DNA from: Deinococcus sp.
GTDB taxonomy: Bacteria > Deinococcota > Deinococci > Deinococcales > Deinococcaceae
Direction of reading: 5' to 3'
DNA: 64,000 bases
Assembly (NCBI GenBank): GCA_965261005.1
Contig: OZ253375.1
Location: forward strand, 2,816,001-2,880,000
The notes under the pieces were generated by a model. The model was not told where the DNA came from, did no database searches, and saw nothing but the letters and a program-made list of their open reading frames with translations. Position 1 is the first letter of the stretch; the number at the start of each line of letters is the position of its first letter. Made by a program: the position numbers and the translations under genes. Positions 43,698 through 59,570 of the stretch are shown piece after piece.

Positions 43698-45032
43698 CTA
43701 CACCTCGGCCAGGTAGTGCTCCAATTCCCAGGGATGAACCACCGCCGAGTACTGGGACCACTCGGCGCGCTTGGCGGCCACGAAGTGCTCGAAGACGTGT
43801 TCGCCCAGGGCGGCGCGGACCACCTCGTCCCCTTCCAGGGCGTCCACCGCCGCGCTGAGGTCCCCCGGCAAGTTGCGAATGCGGTGGGCGCGGCGCTCGC
43901 GCACGGTCATTCTGTAGATGTTGCGCTGAATGGGCGGGGGCGGCTCCAAATTACGCTCGATCCCGTCGAGGCCCGCCGCCAGCATTACGGCCAGGGCCAG
44001 GTAGGGGTTGCACGACGGGTCGGGCATGCGCAGCTCGGCGCGGGTGCCCACGCCGCGCCGCGCCGGCACCCGGATCAGGGCGCTGCGGTTGGAGGTGCTC
44101 CAAGCGATGTTGGTGGGCGCCTCGAAGCCGGGCACCAGGCGCTTGTAGCTGTTGACCAGCGGGTTGGTGATGGCGGCCATGCCGGGGGCGTGCTCCAGTA
44201 AGCCGGCGATGAACTGCAACGCGACCGGGGAGAGCTGGTGGTCGCCGCCCTCGTCAAAAAAAGCGTTGTGCCCCCCTTTGAACAGCGACAAATGGCAGTG
44301 CATCCCGCTGCCGTTCAGGCTCGCCACCGGCTTGGGCATAAAGCTGGCGTGGACGCCGTGCTCCAGCGCCACCCGCTTGACCACGAAACGGAAGGTGGTG
44401 ATGCGGTCGGCGGTCTCCAGGGCCTCGGCGTACTTGAAGTCAATCTCGTGCTGGCCCGGCGCGACCTCGTGGTGGGCGGCCTCGATCTCGAAGCCCATCG
44501 TGAGGAGGGCGCCCGCGATCTCGCGCCGCAGCCCCTCGCCGCGGTCCACCGGGGCGAGGTCGAAGTAGCCGGCGTGGTCCCCGCTGATGGTGGTCGGCTG
44601 ACCATCCGCGCCGCGCTCGAAGATGAAGAACTCCGGCTCGGGGCCGGCGAACAGCTCGAAGCCGATCTGCGCCGCCCGCGCGATTTGGCGGCGCAGCACA
44701 AAGCGGGGATCGCCCTCGAAGGGGGCGCCCCCCGGCAGCGCCACGTCGCACACCAAGCGCGCCACCTGCCCGCGCTCTTCCCTCGAAAAGCTCGGAAAGA
44801 TCAAAAAGGTGCCCAGGTCGGGGCGCAGCAGCATGTCCGACTCCTCGACACGGGTGAAGCCCTCGATGGAGGAGCCGTCGAAGGTGACCTCGCCGTCGAG
44901 GGCCTTGGCGAACTGGCTGGCCGGCACCTCCACGTTCTTGGCGAAGCCCAGAATGTCGGTGAACTGAAGGCGCAGGAACCGGACGCCCTCCGCGTCGAGG
45001 CGCCGCAGGATCTCTTCTTTATCGTCGTTCAT
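43698..45032 (-). CDS. glnA: Glutamine synthetase type I
   Basis: FDGSSIEGF, HHEVAPGQHE, FMPKP..NGSGMH, NSYKRLVPG, NRSA motifs. Confidence 0.93.
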   Translation of the reverse strand: MNDDKEEILRRLDAEGVRFLRLQFTDILGFAKNVEVPASQFAKALDGEVTFDGSSIEGFTRVEESDMLLRPDLGTFLIFPSFSREERGQVARLVCDVALPGGAPFEGDPRFVLRRQIARAAQIGFELFAGPEPEFFIFERGADGQPTTISGDHAGYFDLAPVDRGEGLRREIAGALLTMGFEIEAAHHEVAPGQHEIDFKYAEALETADRITTFRFVVKRVALEHGVHASFMPKPVASLNGSGMHCHLSLFKGGHNAFFDEGGDHQLSPVALQFIAGLLEHAPGMAAITNPLVNSYKRLVPGFEAPTNIAWSTSNRSALIRVPARRGVGTRAELRMPDPSCNPYLALAVMLAAGLDGIERNLEPPPPIQRNIYRMTVRERRAHRIRNLPGDLSAAVDALEGDEVVRAALGEHVFEHFVAAKRAEWSQYSAVVHPWELEHYLAEV

Positions 45033-45255
45033 GGCGTTCCTGACCTTATACGAACTTAAGATGAGTCAAAGACGAATCCGAGCGGAGCAACGGTGTCTCT
45101 TGTCAAGAGGGGACCAACCTCTGAGGAAGTACGCGAGGCGTCTCCAAGGCCGCCCACAGGCAGCACGAGGTTGGTCACGTTCAGCGTACCGCGCCGCTCG
45201 CTGCACAGCAGCGAGCGGCGCGGTACGCTGAACGCTCCCTTGGAGAGCGGGCAGC

Positions 45256-47389
<2,134 letters not shown>

Positions 47390-48370
47390 TCACAGCCGCT
47401 TGTCGCTTGAATGTCCCGGCCGCACCCTCAGGTCCGGCCGGACGAAGTGGGCGGCGTGGTTGGCGGCGACGGCCGCCTCGGCGAAGCCCTGCGCCAGCAG
47501 CTTGAGGTCCCCCCCCGAACTCGACAGGTCGCCGGCCACGAACACGCCCGGCAGGTTGGTCATCTGCCCGCCGCCCGCAAAAATGTACTCTCCCTGCCAC
47601 ATCAGGCCCCACTCCCCAAGCGGCGCGAGGTCGGGTAGGTAACCGTTCAGCAGGTAGGCCGTGTCGCACTCGATCAAACGCGACTCGCCCCTGACGACCA
47701 GTTCGGCGCCGTCCGGCAGCAAACGGCTCAGCTCCACCGGGGCGAGAACCTGAACCTCCCCCCGGCCGCTCAGCTCCCCGAGCCTGTCCAGCTGCCCCGG
47801 CGTGCCGCGAAACAAGGCCCGCTTGTGGACCAGCGTGACCCGCGCCCCCGCGTTTTGCAGCGCGAGCGCCGCCTGGGTCGCTTGGGGAACCCCGCCGAAG
47901 ACCAAGACGTTTTTGCCCGGTACATTGTGGGTATCCACAAAATCAGCACGCACGTCTGGAAACTCTTCGATGCCCGGAACGCTCGGCTGGCGTGGCCGCA
48001 GCGCTCCAATCCCCGCCGCCAGGATCACCGCGCCCGCCGTGTAGGCGCCCTTGTCGGTCGTGACTTGCCAGCGCCCGCCACACTGTTCCAGCCCGCTCGC
48101 CACCTCGCCCAACTGCCAAGCGGGGGAGAAGCGCGCGAGTTGCCCGGTCAGGTCCTGTACGAGCTGCCCGGCGCGGACCTGCACAAACCCCGGCGCGTCG
48201 TAGACGTACTTCTCCGGGTACAGCGCGCTCAATTGGCCGCCGATTTCGGGCCGCGCCTCGATCACGCGCACGCTGAGGCCGCGCAGGCCGGCGTAGAAAG
48301 CGGCGTACAGCCCGACCGGCCCGCCGCCGACGATGAGAACGTCGCTGTATATAACATCGCTGTGCGTCAG
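47390..48370 (-). CDS. Thioredoxin-reductase-type ferredoxin-NADP(+) reductase, apparent CTG start
   Basis: IVGGGPVG upstream of the tracked GTG, GGQLSALYPEKYVYD, VFVAGD motifs. Confidence 0.82.
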   Translation of the reverse strand: MTHSDVIYSDVLIVGGGPVGLYAAFYAGLRGLSVRVIEARPEIGGQLSALYPEKYVYDAPGFVQVRAGQLVQDLTGQLARFSPAWQLGEVASGLEQCGGRWQVTTDKGAYTAGAVILAAGIGALRPRQPSVPGIEEFPDVRADFVDTHNVPGKNVLVFGGVPQATQAALALQNAGARVTLVHKRALFRGTPGQLDRLGELSGRGEVQVLAPVELSRLLPDGAELVVRGESRLIECDTAYLLNGYLPDLAPLGEWGLMWQGEYIFAGGGQMTNLPGVFVAGDLSSSGGDLKLLAQGFAEAAVAANHAAHFVRPDLRVRPGHSSDKRL

Positions 48371-49794
48371 GGCTGCTCACCCGTGCGGCGCTTTTTGAGG
48401 GCGTCCAGAATTTCCTCGCGCCGGGTCAGCTTGACGCGCGGCCGGCCCGCCGCCGCCCCCGCCGCGCGCTCCAGGGCGTCGAGGTGCAACCACTCGGGCA
48501 GGGTCACGTAGTCCACGCCCTTCTCGCTCAGCCAATTCGTGACCGCCTCCGGGTCCGGCTCGGGGGCGGGCGGCAGGGTGGGCACGTCCTCCAGCAGCAG
48601 CCTCACGGTCTCTGCGGCGTCGGCCTTGTTGGTCCCGATTACGCCGCTGGGACCGCGCTTGATCCAGCCGGCCACATATTCTCCAAAAGACACTTCTCCT
48701 AGAGACACTTCTCCTGAATACACTTCCCCAGACTGACCCAGCACCCGTCCATCCAGGTTGGGAATCACCCCGGCGCGCTCGTCGAAGGGCACGTCCGGCA
48801 GGGCCACCCCCTTGTACCCGACCGAGCGCAGCACCATCTGCACGTCCAGCGTCTCGAACTGGCCGCTGCCGACCGCGCGCCCAGAGGCGTCCAGCGTGTT
48901 GCGCTCGACGCGCAGGCCCTCGACTTGGGCCGTGCCCAGCACCTCCACCGGCGACATCAGAAAGCGCAGGTGAATTCTGCGCGGCTTGCCGCTGGGGGGC
49001 CGCCGCGCGAACTCGCGCAGCACCTCCACGTTTTTGCGCACGGTGTTGTCGCTGATGGCCGCCTCTTCCTCCGGCGTCAGGGCGATTTCCTCCGGCCGCA
49101 CGACGACGTCCGCGCCGGCCAGCTCGCCCAACTCGCGCAGTTCCTTGGTCGTGAACTTGGCCTGCGCCGGGCCGCGCCGCCCCAGCACGTGAATGTCTTG
49201 CACGTGGCTGCGCGCCAGGGCCGCCAAGGCGTGGTCGGCGATGTCGCTGTCCCGCAGCTCGTCCACCGTTTTCGCCAGCACCCGCGTCACGTCCACCGCC
49301 ACGTTGCCCACGCCGACCACCGCCACGCCGCGCGCCGTCAGCACCATCTCGCGCGCCGCCGCGTCGGGGTGGCCGTTGTACCACGCCACGAACTCGGTCG
49401 CGGACAGGCTGCCCTTCAGCCCCTCGCCGGGAACGCCCAAATTGCGGTCCGCCGAGGCGCCGACCGCATACACCACCGCGTCGTAAAAGCGCCGCAAATC
49501 TTGGCGCCCCAAGTCCTTGCCGAACTCCACGTTGCCCAGAAAGCGCGCCCGCGGGTCTTCCAGCGTCTTTTGGTACAGCGCCGTGACGCTCTTGATCTTC
49601 TGGTGATCGGGCGCCACCCCGTAGCGCACCAGGCCGTAGGGGGTGGGCAGGCGGTCCAGCACGTCCACGCTGACCGGCACGTCCTTTTGCCTCAGCAGCG
49701 CCTCGGCGGCGTACAACCCGCTGGGGCCGGAGCCGATCACGGCGACGCGCAACGGGCGGGAAGGGGTAAAGGTGTTGATCATGCTGGCGCTCAT
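48367..49794 (-). CDS. Ferredoxin-NADP(+) reductase (adrenodoxin reductase/FprA type)
   Basis: GSGPSG, PYGLVRYGVAPDH, GVGNVAVD, GWIKRGPSGVIG motifs. Confidence 0.9.
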   Translation of the reverse strand: MSASMINTFTPSRPLRVAVIGSGPSGLYAAEALLRQKDVPVSVDVLDRLPTPYGLVRYGVAPDHQKIKSVTALYQKTLEDPRARFLGNVEFGKDLGRQDLRRFYDAVVYAVGASADRNLGVPGEGLKGSLSATEFVAWYNGHPDAAAREMVLTARGVAVVGVGNVAVDVTRVLAKTVDELRDSDIADHALAALARSHVQDIHVLGRRGPAQAKFTTKELRELGELAGADVVVRPEEIALTPEEEAAISDNTVRKNVEVLREFARRPPSGKPRRIHLRFLMSPVEVLGTAQVEGLRVERNTLDASGRAVGSGQFETLDVQMVLRSVGYKGVALPDVPFDERAGVIPNLDGRVLGQSGEVYSGEVSLGEVSFGEYVAGWIKRGPSGVIGTNKADAAETVRLLLEDVPTLPPAPEPDPEAVTNWLSEKGVDYVTLPEWLHLDALERAAGAAAGRPRVKLTRREEILDALKKRRTGEQP

Positions 49795-49831
49795 CGGGCC
49801 TCAGTGTACAGGGGACACAAAGCCGGCACGG

Positions 49832-50245
49832 TTATTTGTGAACCAAATGCTCCGTTCGCACCGTAAGCTTCAGGGCGCCGCGCAGCGTGTTGGCGACGAT
49901 GCACCCCTTGTCGGCGATCCCCACCAGCTTTCCCAGCAACGCTGGATCAGCTGTTTCGGCGCGGACGGTCAGTTCAATCTCGGCGAAGCGGCTGGGGTTC
50001 TGGGCCAGCGTGCCGGTCACGACGGCGCGCACGTCCTTCACGTCGGCCTCGCGCGCCAGAATGGCCGCCAGCAGGTTGCTCATAAAGCAGCCGCCAAGGG
50101 CCACCAACAGGTACTCGCCGCCCATCATGCCCGCGTCCTCACCGCCCTTTTCGAGCGGGCGGTCTACCGTGACCTGATGGCCGCGCCCGCTCGCTTGCGC
50201 GCCCGTCGCGCTGACCTGCTTAACCTCAACTCGAATGCTCATCAT
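49832..50245 (-). CDS. OsmC family protein
   Basis: EYLLVALGGC...CIVANTL motifs. Confidence 0.85.
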   Translation of the reverse strand: MMSIRVEVKQVSATGAQASGRGHQVTVDRPLEKGGEDAGMMGGEYLLVALGGCFMSNLLAAILAREADVKDVRAVVTGTLAQNPSRFAEIELTVRAETADPALLGKLVGIADKGCIVANTLRGALKLTVRTEHLVHK

Positions 50246-50297
50246 GCCTCCAGAAACAAAAACCCCCCGCCTGAGCGGGGGTCGAAAAGGACTTGTC

Positions 50298-50903
<606 letters not shown>

Positions 50904-51167
50904 GTTCTCCTTGGACTTGCTCGGGTCCTACTTGAGGGGTCGAATCTCGGGTGTACCGCTGCGTTGGGACCATCCCAACCTTGATCACAGTGTACACCAT
51001 CTCACCCCTTTTGTAAACTAAAAGGTTTCTTTAAAAACTGTTCACGTCACAATGGGCTTGTCTCACGTTTGGAGACGAAAAAGCTCGGCTGGGCGCGGCT
51101 TCCGAGCGGGTTGCTCATGGGCTGGGCAAAAAAAGGGCGGGCCGAAGCCCGCCCCAAAGATGGGTCT

Positions 51168-53594
<2,427 letters not shown>

Positions 53595-53674
53595 ATTGCC
53601 CTCCTGAAGGCGCCACGAACCCACGCTGGGCACGCGCTCCCCAACCCTCAGATTGTATCACAAAATAAAGAGTG

Positions 53675-53691
53675 TTCTGCTGTGGACGTAA
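53675..53691. promoter_or_regulatory. RDRM (DdrO operator) upstream of gyrA
   Basis: 17 bp TTCTGC-TGTGG-ACGTAA. Confidence 0.75.
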
Positions 53692-53759
53692 TAACCGGGT
53701 TGTGATGAGCAGGGTGTGGAAGGGCAGAACGCCAGCTCCACGCTCCACAGTCCGCCCCC

Positions 53760-54344
53760 CTAATTCGGCGGCGTGTTCGGCATAAGGCGCGCCAGCACCT
53801 CGAAGCGGCCTACCAGCGAGGGCGCCATCAGCACCTCCTCGCGCTGCTCGCCGCTGAGAGGCAGCAGGGCGGCGCAATAGGTGGCAAGAAACAGCGGCTC
53901 GCCGGGGGCGTTGTCGAGAATCTGGACGGCCTCGCTTGCCCGCAGCTTGGCGACGCCCGCCAGCACCCGCTGGGACACATCGGACAGCGCGTCCGGGTTG
54001 CCCTCTGGCAGGGGCAAGGTGCGCACCTCCGCGCTCAGGTAGCTGCGCGAGGTGTCAAAGGAAACGATCTCGAAGCGCTCGCCGCCCACCGCCAGAATCG
54101 AGGCGCTGCCGTCCTCGTGGTCCACGACCTCGCGCAGGTGGGCGTAGCTGCCCCACGGCGCGCTTCTGGAGGCGAAGGGCAGGCGGCCATCGGCGGACGG
54201 CCGCAGGCGGGTGACGCCGAACGGCTCGCCGGTGTTCCGCACGCGCGCGAGCAGATCCCGGTAACGCTGCTCGAAGATGTACAGCGGCAGCGCCAAGCCG
54301 GGCAGCGGCACGAGGTCGGGCAAGGGAAACAGCGGCAGGGACAT
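53760..54344 (-). CDS. Lon N-terminal (substrate-binding) domain protein
   Basis: LPLFPL...PGLALPLYIFEQRY motif. Confidence 0.85.
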   Translation of the reverse strand: MSLPLFPLPDLVPLPGLALPLYIFEQRYRDLLARVRNTGEPFGVTRLRPSADGRLPFASRSAPWGSYAHLREVVDHEDGSASILAVGGERFEIVSFDTSRSYLSAEVRTLPLPEGNPDALSDVSQRVLAGVAKLRASEAVQILDNAPGEPLFLATYCAALLPLSGEQREEVLMAPSLVGRFEVLARLMPNTPPN

Positions 54345-54388
54345 TTGCCCATGCTGCGCTTTCGGCGCCCTTCGTACTTGCCCGAATG

Positions 54389-55180
54389 CTACAAAAGGCG
54401 GTTCTTGCGGGCTTTGGGCGGGGGTGGGGCGCCCCAAGCGGCGAGCTGCGCCTCATTCACGCCGAGGGCGATCAGCGCCGCGCTGTCCTGCGGCGTCAGT
54501 CCGGCCCCCGGCAACAAGTCCGGCCGCCGCGCGAGGGTGCGCGCCAGCGCCGCGTCCCGCCGCCAGCGCCCGATGCGGGCGTGGTCTCCCGACAGCAGCG
54601 CCTCCGGCACCTCCTCACCGCGCCACTCGGCGGGGCGGGTGTACTCGGGGTAATCGAGCAGACCGCTGGAAAAAGAGTCCTGCTGGTGGGACGCCGCGTC
54701 GCCGATCACGCCGGGAATCAGGCGGGCCACCGCCTCGATCAGACAGAGCGCCGCCGCCTCGCCGCCCATCAGCACGAAGTCGCCCAGGGACAGCTCGCGG
54801 GTGGCCAGGCGCTCCACCCGCGCGTCGAAGCCCTCGTAGCGCCCGCACAGCACGGCCAGGTGCGCCTTTTGGGCGAGTTCTTCGGCCACGCTTTGGGTGA
54901 AACGCTCGCCGGCCGGCGTCAGCAAAATGACCTCGTCCGGAGTTCCAGCGCTGGCCCCAACGGCGGCCAAGGCGCGCTCCATCACGTCCACCCGCACGAC
55001 CATGCCGGCCCCGCCGCCGTAGGGGGTGTCGTCCACCTTGCGGTGCTTGTTGCCGGAAAAGTCGCGCGGGTCTATCAAGTCAAAGGCGATCAGGCCGCGC
55101 CCGGCCGCCTTACCCAGCAGCGCTTCTTGGGTCCAGGGCCGCAGCAGGTCGGGAAAGAGGGTCAGCAGCGAGAAGCGCAC
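54389..55180 (-). CDS. trmD: tRNA (guanine-N1)-methyltransferase
   Basis: [33 protein letters not shown] motifs. Confidence 0.96.
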   Translation of the reverse strand: MRFSLLTLFPDLLRPWTQEALLGKAAGRGLIAFDLIDPRDFSGNKHRKVDDTPYGGGAGMVVRVDVMERALAAVGASAGTPDEVILLTPAGERFTQSVAEELAQKAHLAVLCGRYEGFDARVERLATRELSLGDFVLMGGEAAALCLIEAVARLIPGVIGDAASHQQDSFSSGLLDYPEYTRPAEWRGEEVPEALLSGDHARIGRWRRDAALARTLARRPDLLPGAGLTPQDSAALIALGVNEAQLAAWGAPPPPKARKNRLL

Positions 55181-55711
55181 TTATCCTTCCAACAAGCCCG
55201 GCGGCGCGTCCACGACGACGGCCTCGCCGGACAGCACCTCGACGTAGGGCGCCTGAAGCGGCACCAGCGCCGAAACGCCGCCGCGCTCCACCGACAGGTC
55301 CACCACCAGCAAATCTTGATGGCCGGCGTCCATCACGTCCCTGACCCGCCCGATCTCCTCGCCCGCCGGGGAGCGCACCGGGAGGCCGATCAGGTCGTGA
55401 TAGTAGTACTCGCCCTCCGGCAGCGCGGGCAGCTCGCTTCCCCGGGCGAACACCGCCCGGCCGCGCAACAGGTCGGCGGCCTCGCGCCCCTCGACGCCCA
55501 CGAACCGCACCGCCGCGCCGGGGCCGTGCCGCTCCAGGGCGCGCACCCTCAGCCAGCCGGTCCCCTCCACGAACAGGCGCGTCGCGCGCAGCAGCTGTCC
55601 CACGTCCCCGATCACGAACAGCTTGAGCGCCCCGGCCACGCCGAGGGGCGCGGTCAATTGGCCCACCCGCAGCAGGTCGTCCGCCTCGCTTGGCGTTTCG
55701 GGTCCGCTCAA
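55181..55711 (-). CDS. rimM: Ribosome maturation factor RimM
   Basis: EGEYYYHDLIG, PRC barrel, operon context. Confidence 0.93.
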   Translation of the reverse strand: MSGPETPSEADDLLRVGQLTAPLGVAGALKLFVIGDVGQLLRATRLFVEGTGWLRVRALERHGPGAAVRFVGVEGREAADLLRGRAVFARGSELPALPEGEYYYHDLIGLPVRSPAGEEIGRVRDVMDAGHQDLLVVDLSVERGGVSALVPLQAPYVEVLSGEAVVVDAPPGLLEG

Positions 55712-55718
55712 GCGCGAC

Positions 55719-55970
55719 CTACGCCCCGCCCCGCCCGCTGCGCGGGGCGTCGAGGTCCACGCTCAGGCGCTCGCGCGGGTCGGCGGCGGCGCGCACCACC
55801 GTGCGAATGGCCTGAATGACCCGGCCGCCGCGCCCGATCACCCGGCCCTCCTCGCCGGGCGCCACGCGGATAAGCACGTTTTGGCCGCGCCGCGTCGCGC
55901 GCACGAGGGCGGGCTGGTCCACCACGCTTTGGGCCAGGTAGAGCGCAAGGTCGCTGGGATCGCTGGGCAT
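55719..55970 (-). CDS. KH-domain RNA-binding protein (KhpA-like)
   Basis: GRVIGRGGRVIQAIR; between rpsP and rimM. Confidence 0.9.
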   Translation of the reverse strand: MPSDPSDLALYLAQSVVDQPALVRATRRGQNVLIRVAPGEEGRVIGRGGRVIQAIRTVVRAAADPRERLSVDLDAPRSGRGGA

Positions 55971-56034
55971 GGCGCGCATTCTAGCGGCAAATAGAATGCG
56001 GCGGGCACACGCCCGCCGCAAGCCAGACGCAATC

Positions 56035-56313
56035 TTAAACCGAGGCCGGCTCCGCCGCTTCAGTTTGCGGCCTGAAGACGCCCTGCGACTTGAGCAGGCG
56101 GCGCGCGGTCTGGGTAGGCTGGGCGCCCTGCGCGAGCCAGTGGCGGGCGCGCTCGACGTCCACCTTGAGGTAATTTTCGCTGGTCTTGCGCGGGTCGTAG
56201 TGGCCCAAATTCTCGATGTAACCGCCGTCGCGCGGACGGCGCACGTCGGCGACCACGATGCGGTAGTGCGGGTTGTGCTTGTTGCCGAAACGGGACAAAC
56301 GAATCTTGACCAT
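56035..56313 (-). CDS. rpsP: 30S ribosomal protein S16
   Basis: [10 protein letters not shown]...YRIVVAD...RDG...GAQPT motifs. Confidence 0.97.
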   Translation of the reverse strand: MVKIRLSRFGNKHNPHYRIVVADVRRPRDGGYIENLGHYDPRKTSENYLKVDVERARHWLAQGAQPTQTARRLLKSQGVFRPQTEAAEPASV

Positions 56314-56452
56314 GCAGTTTTGCCTTTTTTGCCGTGTGAGGGCCGTTGATGTGAGGGTTGGCTTGAAATCCAACGTGACTGGGCGCCCGCCAGCAGCCGG
56401 CTCCGGGCACACCGGGGGAGTGTAGCAAAAGCGCGCCCGGGGGACAAGAGAA

Positions 56453-57856
56453 CTAAAAATTCGGCGAGATGTAGCGAAAGGCGCCGCCCGCGCTGACGAC
56501 CACCCGGAAGCGCAAGCTGTCGGCGCCGAGCAGGGGCGAGCCGCCCACGAAACCCAAGGTCTGCCCGCGGCTGACCCGCGCCTGCGAGGGGACGCTGGGC
56601 TGCTGCAAGCCGCTGTAGACGGTATAGAGGGTGGGCGTGTGCGCCACGATCAAGGTCCAGCCCTCGTTGGCGTTGGCGGTCTCGGTCAGCACCTGCCCGT
56701 CGGCGGCGGCGCGCACCTCCGCCCCCGGCGCGGCGCTCAGCACGGTCCACGGCCCCTCGCGTCCGTAGGGTACTGAGACGCGCCCCCCTGCCAGCGGCAA
56801 GCTCAATTGGCCCACGCTGCCCGGCAGCGGCGCCGCCTGGGTCTCGGCCTGGTCATCTTGCTGCTGAAGCTGCTGCTGGCGGGCCGTGACGGCCCGCTGC
56901 TCGCGCTCCACGTTTTGGCGGGCCGTTTGCGCCTGCTGGTCCTGCGCCGCTTGACGTTGTGCCGCTTGACGTTGCGCCTCCAAGCGGGCGAGGCGCGCGC
57001 GCTCTTGGCGCAGCTTTTCCTGGGCCTCGCGCAGCTTGCGCGCCTCCTCGGCGCGGCGGGCGCGCTCGGCGGCGAGGCGCGCTTGCCGCTCGGCCTCCAA
57101 GCGGGCGCGCTCGGCCACGATGCCCGATAGCAAGCTGTCTATGGTGTTGGCCGTCACCTGCTGCTGCGCCCGCGTTTGCAGCGCCAGGGCCTGCCGTCCC
57201 TGCTGGGTCCGCTGCAAGTCCTTCAGGGTCGCCTGCTGCTCGACCTGACGGCTCCGCACGTCGGCCAGCTTGCCTTGCAGCTGGACTTGCAACCCGTCCA
57301 GCTGCGCCTGAAGGCTCAGCTGCTGGTCGCGCAGGGTATTCAGGCGCGCCGTCTCGCTTTTCAGGTCCCGAATCAGTTCCACGTTTTGCCGGCCCAGCAT
57401 GTCCGCGTAGCGCCCCCCGATCACCACGTCCGACAAGCTCTTCGCCTGCGAAAGCAGCTCTAGGTACCGGCCGCCGCGCTCCTTGTAAAGGGACAGCATC
57501 AGGGCGCGCACGTTCGCCTTGAGCCGCTCGGTGCGCGCCGTGGACACCGCGACCCGGCCGTCCAAGTCGGCGACGGCCGCCCGCACCCCAGCCACACGGT
57601 CCGCGAGGTCGCCCGATTGCCGCTGAAGGTCGGCGATGCTGGCGCCCAACTGGTCCAGCCGCGCCAGGGCCTGCTTTTGCTGCGCGTCTAGGGCCGCGAG
57701 GTCGCGCCGCAGCTGCTTCAGGCGCTGTTGCTGCGCCTCACTGAGCTGGCGCTGGCTTTGCAGCTGCCGCTGCAAGTCCTGAAGTTTTTGGGAAGGGGTC
57801 TGCGCCCCGGCGAGGCTCAGGGTCAGCAGGGCGATCAGGCCCAGGCGCGCCCTCAC
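56453..57856 (-). CDS. EnvC-like coiled-coil protein with a degenerate M23 domain
   Basis: Signal peptide, long coiled coil, VRAAADG M23-like C-terminus; follows ftsX. Confidence 0.8.
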   Translation of the reverse strand: MRARLGLIALLTLSLAGAQTPSQKLQDLQRQLQSQRQLSEAQQQRLKQLRRDLAALDAQQKQALARLDQLGASIADLQRQSGDLADRVAGVRAAVADLDGRVAVSTARTERLKANVRALMLSLYKERGGRYLELLSQAKSLSDVVIGGRYADMLGRQNVELIRDLKSETARLNTLRDQQLSLQAQLDGLQVQLQGKLADVRSRQVEQQATLKDLQRTQQGRQALALQTRAQQQVTANTIDSLLSGIVAERARLEAERQARLAAERARRAEEARKLREAQEKLRQERARLARLEAQRQAAQRQAAQDQQAQTARQNVEREQRAVTARQQQLQQQDDQAETQAAPLPGSVGQLSLPLAGGRVSVPYGREGPWTVLSAAPGAEVRAAADGQVLTETANANEGWTLIVAHTPTLYTVYSGLQQPSVPSQARVSRGQTLGFVGGSPLLGADSLRFRVVVSAGGAFRYISPNF

Positions 57857-58716
57857 TCCAATTCCCTTAAGTAGCGCGCCGAGGCGATCAAGCTGCCCAG
57901 CACACCGACCAGCACCGCCAGCAGGGCCAGGGCGCCCAGCAGTTGCCACAGCACCGCCGGGTCGCGCAGCAGGGGCAGCGACGGCGCCAGCGTTGCCAAG
58001 CGGGCGATCAGCGCCCGGTAACCGGGGTACAGCAGCGCGCCCGCGATCAGCGCGCCCAGCAGCCCCAGCGCCACCCCCTCGATCAGGTACGGCAAGCGGA
58101 TAAAGCCGCGCGTGGCCCCCAGCAGGCGCAGCACGCCGATCTCACTTCTGCGGGCGAACATGGCGACCCGCACCGCGCTGAGCATGTTCAGCAGCGTGCC
58201 GATCAGCAGCAGCGCCACCAGCGCGTAGCCCGCCAGGCGCACGGCGTAGAGGACCCGCGCGGCCCGGTCCACGTAGCCCGCCCCATACTCGACGTCTGCC
58301 ACCCCCGGCAGCTTTGCCACGGCCCCGGCCACCGCCCCCGTGTCGGTCACGCGCGCCACCCGCAGCCGCACGGTGTCGGGAAAGGGGTTGCCGGCCAACT
58401 CGGCGGCGTCCTTGACGTAGGGATAAGCCTGGGTCATCTCGGCGAGCACCGCGCTCTTGTTCACCACCGTCGCCTCGCGCACCTGCGGCAAAGCCTGCAC
58501 CCGGCTGAGGACCACCAAGGGGTCGGCCCCGTCGCTCAAAAAGGCCGCCACCTCCACCTGCGACTCGATCTGCGCGAGGGCGCGGTCCACGTTGATGGTC
58601 AGCAGCGCCACAAAGCCCAGCATCACCAGGGCGAGGACCATGGTGGTCAGGGTCGCCAGCGTGGCGGTCAGGTTGCCGCGCATGGCGAGCCAAGCTTGGC
58701 GCAGCTGATAGGTCAT
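57853..58716 (-). CDS. ftsX: Cell division permease FtsX
   Basis: NPFPDT, RRSEIGVLRLLGAT..FIRLPYLIEG motifs. Confidence 0.92.
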   Translation of the reverse strand: MTYQLRQAWLAMRGNLTATLATLTTMVLALVMLGFVALLTINVDRALAQIESQVEVAAFLSDGADPLVVLSRVQALPQVREATVVNKSAVLAEMTQAYPYVKDAAELAGNPFPDTVRLRVARVTDTGAVAGAVAKLPGVADVEYGAGYVDRAARVLYAVRLAGYALVALLLIGTLLNMLSAVRVAMFARRSEIGVLRLLGATRGFIRLPYLIEGVALGLLGALIAGALLYPGYRALIARLATLAPSLPLLRDPAVLWQLLGALALLAVLVGVLGSLIASARYLRELE

Positions 58717-58740
58717 CGGCGCCCCCTCACGACAATGCCC

Positions 58741-59424
58741 TCACAGGGCGTACCCGCCGTAGGGATCGTCGCGCACCAGTCGCCCCTTGCGCAAGGTCAG
58801 GGTGCGGTGGCGAAAGGTCTCCACCAGGTCGCGGGCGTGGGTGGCGACCAGCACGGTGGTGCCGCGCAAGTTGACGTTTTGCAGCACCTTGATCACCTCG
58901 CGGCTGTGGTCCGGGTCGAGGTTGCCGGTCGGCTCGTCGGCCAGGAGGAGGGGCGGCTCGCCCACGATGGCGCGCGCGATGGCCACGCGCTGCTGCTCCC
59001 CCTGCGACAGCTGCACCGGCAGGGCGTACTTTTTGTGCTCCAGCCCCACCAGCTTGACGGCCGCGTCGGTGCGCGAGGCCCACTCGCGCCGGGGCACCCC
59101 CTGCACCCGCAGCGCGAGGGCGACGTTATCAAAGGTGTTCAGGTGCGAGAGCAGCAAGTTGTCCTGAAACACCATGCCGATGCGCCGCCGCAGCAGGGCC
59201 GCGCGCCCCGCCCGGTAGCGCCGGATCGGCTCGCCGTTCACGTACACCTCGCCGCGGGTGGGCAGGGCGCGCTTGAGAATCAGGCCCATAAACGAGCTTT
59301 TGCCCGCGCCGCTGTGGCCGACCAGGTACACGAACTCGCCCTTTTTGACGTGAACGTTCAGGTCGTCGAGGGCCAGCGTGCGGGTGACCGGGTATTCCAA
59401 GCTGACGTGGTGAAACTGGATCAT
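58741..59424 (-). CDS. ftsE: Cell division ATPase FtsE
   Basis: [22 protein letters not shown] motifs. Confidence 0.93.
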   Translation of the reverse strand: MIQFHHVSLEYPVTRTLALDDLNVHVKKGEFVYLVGHSGAGKSSFMGLILKRALPTRGEVYVNGEPIRRYRAGRAALLRRRIGMVFQDNLLLSHLNTFDNVALALRVQGVPRREWASRTDAAVKLVGLEHKKYALPVQLSQGEQQRVAIARAIVGEPPLLLADEPTGNLDPDHSREVIKVLQNVNLRGTTVLVATHARDLVETFRHRTLTLRKGRLVRDDPYGGYAL

Positions 59425-59479
59425 AAGGGCGCGCCGCGAGACGAGGAAAATGACGGAGAACTCGGCATGGCTGCCCAGA

Positions 59480-59528
59480 GCATACCGGAGAATCAGCGCA
59501 TACCGGAGAATCAGGGCATACCGGAGAA
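59480..59528. repeat. 18 bp-period direct repeat x3 (GCATACCGGAGAA core)
   Basis: Cores at 59480, 59498 and 59516 in the divergent ftsE/S41 protease intergenic region. Confidence 0.9.
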
Positions 59529-59570
59529 CGGGGCACACGGCGCTCATGCGCCCCGTTTTAAAATGAGAGG

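Noticed and set aside
45108..45250. Canonical HDV-like ribozyme or a glnA riboswitch
   Set aside because: Only the helix order is similar; conserved core nucleotides were not found and the segment lies inside the IS. Kept only as an unexplained structure
50950..51060. CRP/DdrI autoregulatory site
   Set aside because: Only TCACA half-sites; no convincing TGTGA-N6-TCACA
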